Shown: positions 50,659 through 60,160 of the stretch, piece after piece
Numbering within the stretch: position 1 is the stretch's first letter
How the letters are laid out: every line of letters begins with the position of its first letter
Assembly: GCA_016178015.1 (NCBI GenBank)
Contig: JACOUB010000058.1
Span: 17,395 to 81,394, forward strand
DNA length: 64,000 bases
Source of the DNA: Methylocystis sp.
GTDB lineage: Bacteria; Pseudomonadota; Alphaproteobacteria; Rhizobiales; Beijerinckiaceae
Reading direction: 5' to 3'
Made by a program: the position numbers and the translations under genes
The notes under the pieces: generated by a model
What the model saw: only the letters and a program-made list of their open reading frames with translations
Told to the model about the DNA's origin: nothing
Database searches by the model: none

Positions 50659-51806
50659 GGCTGGGACGACCTCCGTTGCGACATTAGCGCGCCTTCGGAC
50701 GCCAGGCGATAACGGCGTCCTTTCCAATCCACGTCTCGGGCGAAAAATCCCGCAATGAAGACCGCGACCGACAATAGATCACGGAATGGAATGAGCCAAT
50801 AGGGATGCGCTGGCAAGCGCCAGCTGCGCTCGACGGCGATGAGCAGCGCGACGCGGCAGGCCAAGGCGGCAAGCGTCAGAGCCAGCGCGGGCAAGCCGCC
50901 GCCGAACAGCAGGGCGGCCAAGGCCAGCGGGAACGCGTGGGTGAGCGCCGAGCCGGCGTAGCCCAGGGGATCGATCATCCGGATGGTCATGGCCCACCGC
51001 AGTTCGTGGCGCCACAATTCACGGCAGGAAGTTTCGTTGCAACTGTGCCCGACGGCAAACGGCAACACCGCAATTGGTTCGCCGCGCTTGCGCAAAGCCT
51101 CGCACAGCGCGTAGTCGTCCGCGAGGCAATCGGCCACCGCCTCGAAACCGCCGATGGCGGCGAGCGACGTGCTGCGCAGCGCGATAGTCGAGCCGAAACA
51201 CGGCTGCGCGAGCTTGCAGCGCACGCCGACGATGACGTTCGGCAGAAAATGATTGTCGATCGCAAGCCGCGCGAGCTGCGACCACACATTTCCTGTGGGA
51301 ATCCCGAAATAGGGGCAGGTCACGGCGCCGGCGCCGGATTGTTCGAGCGCGCTCACGACGCGCGCAAGATAATCGGGCTCGACTCGGATATCGGCGTCGG
51401 CGAGCACGATGATTTCGTGCCGCACGCGCGAACTCATGTTGATCAGGTTAGCGACCTTTGGATTTGAGCCTGCGATATGCGCGTTAACGACGAGTTCGAG
51501 CCGGCGGCCGGGAAATGCGGACCGCAGCCGCTCGACCACGCGGACCGCGGGATCATGCGGGTTGGTCACGCCGAAGATAATTTGGACCTCTCCCGGGTAA
51601 TCCTGATTGCAGAACGAGGCGAGGTTGTCGAACAGGCTCGGCTCGTCGCCGTGCAGCGGCTTGAGGATGCTCACCGCCGACCTGGCAATGCGAGCCGGTC
51701 GCTCGCGCCGGGCGAACGAGGGCATGAAGACTATCGCAACCATCATGAAGAGACAGCCGAACGCGCCGGCTGCGAAAAACACAAGCGATAGAGTCACCCA
51801 GATCAT
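50655..51806 (-). CDS. hpnI: Bacteriohopanetetrol glucosamine biosynthesis glycosyltransferase
   Basis: SILKPLHG, NPKVANL, DADI, LADDY, HELRWA.TIR; upstream of hpnJ. Confidence 0.92.
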   Translation of the reverse strand: MIWVTLSLVFFAAGAFGCLFMMVAIVFMPSFARRERPARIARSAVSILKPLHGDEPSLFDNLASFCNQDYPGEVQIIFGVTNPHDPAVRVVERLRSAFPGRRLELVVNAHIAGSNPKVANLINMSSRVRHEIIVLADADIRVEPDYLARVVSALEQSGAGAVTCPYFGIPTGNVWSQLARLAIDNHFLPNVIVGVRCKLAQPCFGSTIALRSTSLAAIGGFEAVADCLADDYALCEALRKRGEPIAVLPFAVGHSCNETSCRELWRHELRWAMTIRMIDPLGYAGSALTHAFPLALAALLFGGGLPALALTLAALACRVALLIAVERSWRLPAHPYWLIPFRDLLSVAVFIAGFFARDVDWKGRRYRLASEGALMSQRRSSQP

Positions 51807-51812
51807 CGCCTG

Positions 51813-52820
51813 TCACGCCCGCTCGTTTTCGTTGCCGCTCGCGCTGGGCGCGCTGAAGAAACGCCGGCCCTCCATCGCCTGCCAAGCGATGAGGCCCGGC
51901 GCCCCGAGCACGAGATCGGGAATGCGCTTGACTAGCGAAAGCGCAAGCGCCGCCTCCGGCGGCGCGCCGTAGAGAGCGCACAAGACAATCAGCCCGCCTT
52001 CCTGCACGCCGAGCGCGCCAGGAACGGCGAAAGCAGCGCCGCGCGCCGCGTGCATCAGGCTCTCGATGACCACCGCCTGTTCGTAGCTGACCGGGTAACC
52101 CATGAAGGAGAGCGCGATCCAAACTTCGGCGGCGCCGACGAACCAAACGGCAAGGTGCACGCTCCAACCCGGCAACAGGCCGTCGTGGTAAGAATAAAAT
52201 ACCTTGAACCGGGCGAACAGATCGTCGATCTCGCCGACGGCGAGCCATTTGCGATCGCTGGCGAAGAACGAGAGCAGCTTCTTCAGGATCCGCTGTCCGC
52301 CCGCGCCCTGCGCGATGAAGAAGCCGCCCAATGCCGGGACAGCGACGGCAATGCCGGTCGCGATCGGCCATGCCGCCAATTCATTGCCGCCGCTGGCAAC
52401 CAGCAGGAGGACGCCGACGACGGCGAACACAAGCTGGGTCGTGGCCTGCGCCAGGACATCGACGATGACGCTGGCCGCCGCGACAGTTCCCTTGGCGCCG
52501 CACAAAGCGAGGCAGCGCGCGCCGATGAAATCGCCTCCGATCTGCGCCAGCGGCAGGAGCGCGTTCGTCGCCTCACGAATGAACCGAATCAGCACGCAAT
52601 TCCAGCCAGCGGGCCGCAGTGCGCGCGGGAACAGCAGCCACCAGCCGACCCCCGCACCGAATACCGCGACGGCGCGGGCGAGTACGACGAGAAAAGTTCC
52701 CCAGCCGACACTGACGACCGCTTGGCCGACAAGGCCAGCGCCGGCCCAAACCGTCAACCCGACGAAAGCGGCGATCCCGATGAACCACAGAATAAGAGTG
52801 AATCGCTTACCGATGGCCAT
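51813..52820 (-). CDS. hpnL: HpnL-like / lysylphosphatidylglycerol-synthase-TM-domain membrane protein
   Basis: IREATNALLPLAQIGG, AFAVPGALGVQEGG, ALALSLVKR; first gene of the hpnIJK operon. Confidence 0.75.
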   Translation of the reverse strand: MAIGKRFTLILWFIGIAAFVGLTVWAGAGLVGQAVVSVGWGTFLVVLARAVAVFGAGVGWWLLFPRALRPAGWNCVLIRFIREATNALLPLAQIGGDFIGARCLALCGAKGTVAAASVIVDVLAQATTQLVFAVVGVLLLVASGGNELAAWPIATGIAVAVPALGGFFIAQGAGGQRILKKLLSFFASDRKWLAVGEIDDLFARFKVFYSYHDGLLPGWSVHLAVWFVGAAEVWIALSFMGYPVSYEQAVVIESLMHAARGAAFAVPGALGVQEGGLIVLCALYGAPPEAALALSLVKRIPDLVLGAPGLIAWQAMEGRRFFSAPSASGNENERA

Positions 52821-53607
52821 TTTTTGAACACCAAGCAGCAGTCGAGAAAAAACGACGGACAAGTGAGCGGAGGCGGGATCGGCGCCGACGCTCGTCGAAG
52901 CCGCACAACGGGCGAAGGGCCAAGGAGGGGGACTTCGTAAAGCCTGAGGATTTTCGTTGCCTTCGATCAAGTCCTCGGGTCGCTGTGCAAGGGAGTGTGA
53001 GAGTTTTTTTCGTTTCGAATCCAAACGAGACGTCAACTTATGGTCTTCGGCCATCGAAGGCGCCTGCGCGAAAGCGCCTGCGTCGAACAGCCGTGGGGAC
53101 GGCTGCGCCGCGGCTCTCGCGTCCGCGCATGGAAAGCGGCTATCGAGTTTGCCATTGCAGTCATGACTGGCGCGCAATTCCTGAAAAGGCCCCGACCGAT
53201 TTTAGGTAATTGCACGCTTTTTCCCTCCGATCAACCTATCGGTTGTCACGTTGCTCTTAACGGCGCGAAAGTAGCGGCGCTATTTTTCAGACAGTTGGCA
53301 CAAAGGGCGATTGCTCATGACCTGAGAAATTGCTCTTAACGTGCAAATTCCTGGCTGGGAAAGTTGCACGGAATTTTTTCTTGGAAACGACAGACGACGA
53401 AAATTGGAATGAAGCTCGCCGGCGAGCGGCGGTCATCGACCTCACTTTGCCCAACACGGCTGAGTCACGCCGATTGACCGTTAAAGGGTCACTGCACGAT
53501 TTGGGCAAAATCGTGGACGCCCGGCGACGATGGTCGCCGCAGCATAGAGCGCGCTCATTGCTGCGCCGAGCGCATGTTGGACGATGGCGCCTCTTGGTGA
53601 AGTAAAC

Positions 53608-53646
53608 TTGACACAGGCGCGGAGTCAAACTAGTTATCTGACTAGT
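53608..53646 (+). promoter_or_regulatory. TA promoter with tandem ACTAGT operators
   Basis: TTGACA-N17-TAGTTA; ACTAGT-N6-ACTAGT over the -10 region. Confidence 0.6.
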
Positions 53647-53670
53647 CCGAGACGATGCACGGAGCCTGCG

Positions 53671-53928
53671 ATGAAAAGTTGGTCGGTCCAGGACGCCAAG
53701 GCCCGTTTTAGCGAGTTCCTTGAGACCTGTTTGAACGAGGGTCCACAGATCGTGACGAAGCGCGGCGCCGACGCGGCGGTGCTTGTGCCGTTGCAGGAGT
53801 GGCGGCGCCTACAACGGTCTTCGCGCCCGACCTTGAAGGAACTCCTGTTGTCCGCAGCGCCGCGAGCGGATCTCGCAGTTCCGGAACGCGGCCGGCTCCG
53901 CCGCCGCCAACCGGATGAGCTTGTCTGA
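53671..53928 (+). CDS. Phd/YefM-family antitoxin
   Basis: WSVQDAKARFSEFL...EGPQIVTKRG. Confidence 0.92.
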   Translation: MKSWSVQDAKARFSEFLETCLNEGPQIVTKRGADAAVLVPLQEWRRLQRSSRPTLKELLLSAAPRADLAVPERGRLRRRQPDELV

Positions 53929-53933
53929 CGGCG

Positions 53934-54344
53934 ATGTACTTGCTCGACACGAACGTTATTTCCGAACTTCGCCGCGCAAAGCCGCACGGCGCTGTTCTGG
54001 CATGGCTGGAGAGCGTCGCGGACGCCGATCTGCGCCTCGCCGCGGTAACGATCGGCAAAATTCAGTCGGGGATCGAAATCACGCGCGAGCAGGACGCCGC
54101 CAAGGCCGGCGAGATCGAGGCCTGGCTGGAGCAAGTGGCCGAGACCTATAATGTTTTGCCGATGGACGCTCGCGCCTTCCGTTGCTGGGCTCGTCTCATG
54201 CATCGACGCTCTGATCGCCTGATAGAAGACGCGATGATCGCGGCGATAGCCGTTGTCCACAATCTGATCGTCGTGACCAGGAACGACCGAGACTTCGAGC
54301 AACTTGGAGTGCGAACGCTCGATCCGTTCGAAACTTCGCGCTGA
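53934..54344 (+). CDS. VapC/PIN-domain toxin
   Basis: YLLDTNVISELRR, DAMIAAIA, VVTRNDRDF. Confidence 0.93.
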   Translation: MYLLDTNVISELRRAKPHGAVLAWLESVADADLRLAAVTIGKIQSGIEITREQDAAKAGEIEAWLEQVAETYNVLPMDARAFRCWARLMHRRSDRLIEDAMIAAIAVVHNLIVVTRNDRDFEQLGVRTLDPFETSR

Positions 54345-54391
54345 GCGCTGCGGCTTCTTGAAAAATAATCCCGAAAGTAGGATATTGAGCC

Positions 54392-54775
54392 ATGGCTCGC
54401 ACCCAGGCGAAAGGCGAGAAGCCGCTCGACTGGGTGGGCTCGTCCAAGAAAGACTTTCTCGGATTTCCCGAAAAGGTGAAGGACGAGATGGGCAATGCGC
54501 TGGGGCTGGCGCAATTCGGGGGCAAGCACCCTTCCGCCAAGCCCTGGAAAGGTCTGGGCCCCGGCGTCTTCGAGCTGGTCGAGGCCCATGACGGGGACGC
54601 TTATCGGGCGGTCTACACCGTGCATTTCAAGGAAGTCGTGTATGTGCTGCACGCCTTCCAGAAGAAATCGCCGAGCGGGATCAGGACGGCTCGGGTCGAT
54701 GTGGAGCTGGTCGAGAGGCGGCTGAGAGCCGCGCAACAGGATTATGAGGCCCGCTATGGCAAGCCGACACGCTGA
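54392..54775 (+). CDS. RelE/HigB-like toxin (Gp49/DUF891 type)
   Basis: W.GSSKKD...FP, AKPWKGLGPGV.EL, YR.VY.V.F, YVLHAFQKKS. Confidence 0.9.
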   Translation: MARTQAKGEKPLDWVGSSKKDFLGFPEKVKDEMGNALGLAQFGGKHPSAKPWKGLGPGVFELVEAHDGDAYRAVYTVHFKEVVYVLHAFQKKSPSGIRTARVDVELVERRLRAAQQDYEARYGKPTR

Positions 54776-55112
54776 GACGACGAAAGACCCGAACGAGGCG
54801 ATCACCCGCGGCACGGGCAACGTGTTCGCCGACCTCGGTTACGCCGACGCCGACGAGCGGCAGACGAAGCTGCGTCTCGCGCACGCCATCAACGGCGTGA
54901 TCGCGCGCCGCCGCCTGACTCAGGCCGTCGCGGCGGAGAAGCTCGGCGTCGGCCAGCCGAAGGTGTCGGCGCTGGCGAACTACAAGCTCGACGGCTTTTC
55001 GGTCGAGCGGTTGATGACGTTCCTTACCGCCCTCGACCAGGACGTGGAGATCGTCATCAAGAAGAAGCCGAGGTCGCGGGCGGCGGCGCGCATTTCGGTG
55101 GTGGCGGCGTGA
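54756..55112 (+). CDS. XRE-HTH antitoxin (HigA-like)
   Basis: GTGNVFADLG, LTQ..AAEKLGVGQPKVS, FSVERLM. Confidence 0.9.
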   Translation: MASRHAETTKDPNEAITRGTGNVFADLGYADADERQTKLRLAHAINGVIARRRLTQAVAAEKLGVGQPKVSALANYKLDGFSVERLMTFLTALDQDVEIVIKKKPRSRAAARISVVAA

Positions 55113-55120
55113 TGGCCCCT

Positions 55121-55240
55121 CTCCCACTCGATTGTTTCCTAGATCGATAAGCTATTGAATTCGGCTATAATTTATATGCTTCAAAGTGACTTTACCGTCA
55201 GCTTTACCGTCATAAAAACCGGCTTTTGATTTCATTGACT
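55121..55240. mobile_element. Island attachment end: guaA-type core plus arm-type repeats
   Basis: Minus strand ACAATCGAGTGGGAG (TIEWE, as at the guaA 3' end) at 55121-55135; TACCGTCA-N4-TACCGTCA at 55193-55212; IHF-like ATTCAATAGCTTA between them. Confidence 0.75.
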
Positions 55241-55526
55241 TTATTCCGCGATTTTAGCGGCATGCATTCTGGCATCTACGTCGTCACCAAAGGCGAAATG
55301 TTAGCGCAGACGGGGCCGAGCCGATACTGGATTTTGGTCATGACCGCCTCGATTTTGTCGTGCCGAACCGCGGTCAGCGCGTTCCCACCGCGCTACCGCA
55401 CGCCGTAATGAATCCTCGGCTTATGCCACTTATAGCAAAGCCATCGTCACAACGACTTTGCTGATGTCGCCGCCAGTCATTAGCTCGCGTTCCGAGCCGC
55501 CAGGCGCTTGTCACGGTCCACGATCA

Positions 55527-55617
55527 CGGCACCTCAAGACGACTAAATAGCTTATCTCGGCACCTCAAGATGACATCGATTGAATCTTCGCCCAAAACAG
55601 GGCATGGTGCCTCAAGA
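55527..55617 (+). promoter_or_regulatory. Direct repeats upstream of HTH-hipA (putative operators)
   Basis: CGGCACCTCAAGA at 55527 and 55558; TGGTGCCTCAAGA at 55605. Confidence 0.6.
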
Positions 55618-55652
55618 TTCCGCTATCTCGACTTTTGGAGCCTTGACGCGCC

Positions 55653-55994
55653 ATGGCTGCCCGCAACCCACTCCTCGCCGCACCGCCGTATCAGGTTGAG
55701 CAGGCATTAAAGACGCTCGGCGCCAACCTGCGCACGGCGCGGTTACGTCGAAACCTGTCAATCGAGGACATCGCCGCGAAGATCGGCGTCGGCCGTCACG
55801 TGGTGGCGGATGCCGAGAAGGGAAAACCATCGACGGGCATCGCCATCTATGCCGGGCTGCTTTGGGCTTTCGGTCTGACCGAGCAACTGGCGCGCATCGC
55901 CGACCCCGATGCGGATGAGGAAGGTCGCCTGCTGGCGAAACGAAGCGAGCGGGTTCATGCGCGTAGCGCAAAGGCGCTCGACAATGACTTCTAA
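55653..55994 (+). CDS. XRE-HTH protein (HipB-like antitoxin)
   Basis: LGANLRTARLRRNLS.ED.A.K.GV, overlaps the hipA start. Confidence 0.88.
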   Translation: MAARNPLLAAPPYQVEQALKTLGANLRTARLRRNLSIEDIAAKIGVGRHVVADAEKGKPSTGIAIYAGLLWAFGLTEQLARIADPDADEEGRLLAKRSERVHARSAKALDNDF

Positions 55995-57261
55995 GACGCG
56001 CGGCGCCACCGAGTGCTTCGTCTACATGACGCTGCCGGGAGAGACTGAGGCGGTCACGGCCGGCAGGTTCGAACTCGCCACCAGCCGGCAAGGCGTGGTG
56101 ACGGGACGGTTCGTCTATGGGCGGAGCTATCTCGCCCGCCCGAATGCCGCGGAGATCGACCCCGTCGAACTAAAGCTCGGCTCGCGCACTTATGAGACGG
56201 TCTTGATGAAAGGCGTGTTCGGGGCCCTGCGCGACGCCGGTCCCGACTATTGGGGGCGGCGCGTCATTGAGAAGCACGCCGGGCTCCCCGAGTTTGGGGA
56301 ACTCGATTACCTGCTCCACTCGCCCGACGATCGCGCCGGTGCGCTGAGCTTCGGCCTCAACCAAACGCCGCCGGCGTCGATGCGCCGGTTCAATCAGACG
56401 ATCGATCTTGAGAAGCTCCAGGTGCTCGCGGACGCGCTCGTCCGCGATGAGCCTCCCGCGCCGGGCGTGGGTGCGGCAGACCTTGCGCAGGCGGAAGACC
56501 TGCTCCTCGTCGGCACCTCCATGGGTGGCGCTCGTCCGAAAGTCGTCGTCGAGGATGCCGAGGGTCTTTGGCTCGCCAAATTCAACCGACCCGACGACAA
56601 GTGGAACGTGGCGCGCGTCGAGCACACGATGCTAACGCTCGGCCAGGCCTGTGGCCTCACCACGGCCGAAAGTCGTGTCGCCGCCATCGGCGATCGTGAG
56701 GTCCTGCTCGTTAAGCGATTTGACCGAGAGAAGGCGCCGGGCGGCTATTTAAGGGCCCGCATGGTGAGCGCGCTCACCATGCTGCGCGCCGATGACAGTC
56801 TGCAATCCCGCGAGCGCTGGTCCTACATCCGGCTAGCCGAAGAATTGCGCCGCATCAGCGCCGACCCGAAGCGTGACGCCGCCGAGCTCTTCCGCCGCAT
56901 GTGCTTCAACGCCTTGATCTCGAACATCGACGACCATCCCCGCAACCACGCGGTTATCGCGCCGGATCGGGATTGGCGCCTGTCGCCTGCTTATGACCTG
57001 ACACCTTCTTCGCCGGTCAGCATCGAGCGACGCGATCTCGCCATGGCTTGCGGAGACCTGGGCCGATATGCGAACGCCGGCAACCTCATGAGCCAGGCCG
57101 CGCGCTTCCTTCTATCAACGGATCAAGCGGCTTGCATCGTCGATGACTTGGAAGCACGGGTTCGCTCGACGTGGTACGAAGTCGCGCGCGAATGTGGCGT
57201 GAGCGACGCCGATTGCGCTCAGATCGCAGGAGCCTTCACTTATCCTGGGTTCAGAGCTTGA
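55984..57261 (+). CDS. HipA-family Ser/Thr kinase toxin
   Basis: GTSMGGARPK, WLAKF, LLVKRFDR, NIDDHPRNH, RLSPAYDL. Confidence 0.93.
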   Translation: MTSKTRGATECFVYMTLPGETEAVTAGRFELATSRQGVVTGRFVYGRSYLARPNAAEIDPVELKLGSRTYETVLMKGVFGALRDAGPDYWGRRVIEKHAGLPEFGELDYLLHSPDDRAGALSFGLNQTPPASMRRFNQTIDLEKLQVLADALVRDEPPAPGVGAADLAQAEDLLLVGTSMGGARPKVVVEDAEGLWLAKFNRPDDKWNVARVEHTMLTLGQACGLTTAESRVAAIGDREVLLVKRFDREKAPGGYLRARMVSALTMLRADDSLQSRERWSYIRLAEELRRISADPKRDAAELFRRMCFNALISNIDDHPRNHAVIAPDRDWRLSPAYDLTPSSPVSIERRDLAMACGDLGRYANAGNLMSQAARFLLSTDQAACIVDDLEARVRSTWYEVARECGVSDADCAQIAGAFTYPGFRA

Positions 57262-57288
57262 AAGAACGACAAAGCCGGAGGATCTGTA

Positions 57289-59943
57289 ATGGGGGCGGTC
57301 GATGAAATCCTGGATTGGTCCGCGACCAAGCTGACACCTTGGCGTCAAGACGCACTTCGCCGACTGGCAGGCTCATCTGCGGTCACTGCACAAGACGAAA
57401 GCGAACTGCTTGATCTGATCAAAGAGAAAGCGGGCTTTCCTCTGGCCGCAAAGCCACCGGCGCCGACGCCGTTGACCAAAGCTCACCTCTCAGCCGTCAC
57501 GAGCGGATCACCTCTCCAGATCAAAGGCATTCGTAACGTCAAGAACGTCAACCGACTCGTGCCGGCGGCCGCACTGGTGTTCGCGCCCGCCGGGCTGACC
57601 GTCGCCTACGGACGGAACGGCAGCGGCAAAAGCGGCTTCGTCCGCATTTTTCGCACCGCCTGTCGCACCCGCACTGACAATCCAGCCAAGCTCAAGGTGT
57701 TGGCTGATGTCTACGGCTCGGGCGGGGGGCCTCAGGAAGCGGAGATCGTCGTCGACCTGGGCAGCGGCGATGTCGTCGTGCCTTGGACCGCCGGCGCGCC
57801 CGCCTCGGAGACCCTTTTGCAGGTCGCCGTCTTCGACAGCAGCGCAGCCCAATTCTATGTCGACGGCGGCAATCAGATTCAGTTTCTTCCGTTCGGCCTC
57901 GCCCTGCCTCACAAGCTCAACGAGCTTTGCCTCGCCCTCAGGGATAAGCTGGACGTTGAGCGCAGGCCCATCACTGATCAGATCGCCCTCGTCACCGTGG
58001 CCTTCGAGACGCCCAGATCGACGAAGGCCCAGACCTTCTACTCCGGCCTCAGCGGCAAGACGACAGATGCGCAGATCGGCGCAGTGGCCACGTTTTCACC
58101 GGATGACGAGAAACGCATTGACGAGTTGACGCGTCTGCTTGCCGCTAACACCGCCTCGGCAGCAGACGTGACCGCGCTTTCCACATGGGTCCAAAACCTA
58201 GCGTTCGAGTGTGCCAGCCTTGATCAGGCATTCAGCGACACGCAGCTCGACGGATATCGCACCCTCAAGCAACAGGCCATCGACGCGCGGACAGCCGCAG
58301 GCACAAAGGCGGCTGATCTCTTCTCAAGCGAGCCTCTCCCTGGTGTCGGTGGTGAGACCTGGCGGCGGCTGTGGCTTGCTGCCCGCGACTATTCAATCGC
58401 GGACGCCTATGCCGGCCGCGAGTTTCCCGTCCTCAGCACGCCGGACACGACCGAGACCTGCGTTCTTTGCCAGCAACCGCTCGGCGCTGAAGCGTCGGAC
58501 CGCATGGGCCGCTTTCAGGCGTTTGTCAGTGGATCTCTCGCTGAAACTGCTGACCAGGCTGAAACGGTGGTCACCCAGGCGATCACGTCCCTGCCCCGGA
58601 TCGAGATCTTCGCGTCGAAGGAGTGGGCGACCCGGCTCGAACAGATCCGTAAGCGCAATGCGGAACTAGCGAATACGCTCACGTCCTTCAGGAAAGACAT
58701 GGAAGCCAGACGCGCTATCGCCCTGGCCTCGCTCCAGACTGTTGAGGCAACACCGCCTCCCTTAGCCGCCGGCGCTCTGGTCTCCCCGCATAGCACCTTG
58801 CAGGACTTGTCAGCGCTTCTGTCCGCCGAAGCCGAGGCCTTGGCGAAGGCCGATCATAGTGGACAGCGCGCGAAGCTGGAGGCCGAGCGGTCTGAGCTCG
58901 CCGATCGCAAGATCCTCACGGCAGGCCGCGATCGCGTGATGAAACGCCGGGACCTTCTCAAGGAGGATGCGCTTTACACCGCAGCGCTTGCTGAGGTTCA
59001 GACGAAGGGCATTACCCAAAAGGCAAATGAACTCGTCGATACGCATCTGACGAAGATCGTGACAAACCATTTCGAGGTGGAACGCAAAACTTTAGAAATT
59101 ACGCACCTCAAGGTCGGTTTGGCGCGAAAGAGCGGACAGACCAAGGCCGCATTCCAAACCAATCCGGGCACCACGCTAACAAAATTGACCTCCGATATCC
59201 TCAGCGAAGGCGAGCAGCGCGCGCTCGCACTTGCGGCATTTCTAACGGAAATCGCTGTGACGGAAGGAGCCGGCCCGATCGTGATCGACGATCCTGTTTC
59301 ATCCTTGGACCGTGATCGCGGATTGAAGGTCGCAGCCCGCATCGCGGCCGAGGCGCAGAAGCGCCAGGTAATCGTCTTTACGCACGACCTGATCTTCTTC
59401 AACGACCTATGCCGAGAAGCCGATGATCTCGGCGTTGCGACCGAAACGATCGCCCTCTTCGCCGACGGCGCCAATGCGGGCAAGGTCGATCCCGCCGGGG
59501 TGTCGTGGAAAGGGCTGAGCGTGAGCAAGCGCCTTGCACGGATCCGGAACGACTTCACGCCGCTGAAGAAGCTCCACACGTCGAGTCCGTCGGACTACGA
59601 ATTCAAAGTGAAGCACCTCTATGGGCGCCTGCGAGACAGTTACGAGCGCCTCGTGGAGGAACACATCTTTTGCGACGTGGTCCGGCGCGGCGTCGACAGG
59701 ATCGAGACGCAAAAGCTGCGCATGGTGCATCTATCCGACGCGCTCGCGATTCGATTCCACGACGGCATGACGAAGGCGAATACCCACAGCCATGACAATC
59801 CGGCGTCAGACACCGTCTCGGTCCCGGATCCGGCCGAATTCGAAGCCGACTTGGCCTTCATCGAGCAGCTCATCACAGACCTCAAAGTGGAAAGCGCCTC
59901 GGCGGAAGGCAACCGTCCCAGCATGAAGCCGAAAAAGGATTAG
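57289..59943 (+). CDS. Rad50/RloC-like ABC ATPase with coiled coil, zinc hook and C-terminal helical domain
   Basis: GRNGSGKS, CVLCQQ (CxxC), LSEGEQR, IDDPVSSLD, FTHD, C-terminal KANTHSHD. Confidence 0.85.
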   Translation: MGAVDEILDWSATKLTPWRQDALRRLAGSSAVTAQDESELLDLIKEKAGFPLAAKPPAPTPLTKAHLSAVTSGSPLQIKGIRNVKNVNRLVPAAALVFAPAGLTVAYGRNGSGKSGFVRIFRTACRTRTDNPAKLKVLADVYGSGGGPQEAEIVVDLGSGDVVVPWTAGAPASETLLQVAVFDSSAAQFYVDGGNQIQFLPFGLALPHKLNELCLALRDKLDVERRPITDQIALVTVAFETPRSTKAQTFYSGLSGKTTDAQIGAVATFSPDDEKRIDELTRLLAANTASAADVTALSTWVQNLAFECASLDQAFSDTQLDGYRTLKQQAIDARTAAGTKAADLFSSEPLPGVGGETWRRLWLAARDYSIADAYAGREFPVLSTPDTTETCVLCQQPLGAEASDRMGRFQAFVSGSLAETADQAETVVTQAITSLPRIEIFASKEWATRLEQIRKRNAELANTLTSFRKDMEARRAIALASLQTVEATPPPLAAGALVSPHSTLQDLSALLSAEAEALAKADHSGQRAKLEAERSELADRKILTAGRDRVMKRRDLLKEDALYTAALAEVQTKGITQKANELVDTHLTKIVTNHFEVERKTLEITHLKVGLARKSGQTKAAFQTNPGTTLTKLTSDILSEGEQRALALAAFLTEIAVTEGAGPIVIDDPVSSLDRDRGLKVAARIAAEAQKRQVIVFTHDLIFFNDLCREADDLGVATETIALFADGANAGKVDPAGVSWKGLSVSKRLARIRNDFTPLKKLHTSSPSDYEFKVKHLYGRLRDSYERLVEEHIFCDVVRRGVDRIETQKLRMVHLSDALAIRFHDGMTKANTHSHDNPASDTVSVPDPAEFEADLAFIEQLITDLKVESASAEGNRPSMKPKKD

Positions 59944-60160
59944 CTCGTTCAGGCGTGCGTCACTCGTGGTATGATACTGGTCGCCACATGCCGCCTCCAG
60001 GCGATGGCGGCGCTTCTATTGTCCTGCGGGTGTTGTCGCGTCATTGCACGGCGCTAGCGCCGGTAGCGGACCACGTCGATTCCAGCCCATCGGAAATCCG
60101 GATCTCCGAGCGTCCTGCGCCGCGCTTCTCGACGCGCACTTGTATGGCAATTCTGTCAAT

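Noticed and set aside
53295-53370. Sigma54 promoter candidates (TGGCAC...TTGC; TGGCTG...TTGC)
   Set aside because: GG-to-GC spacing is not the required 10 nt
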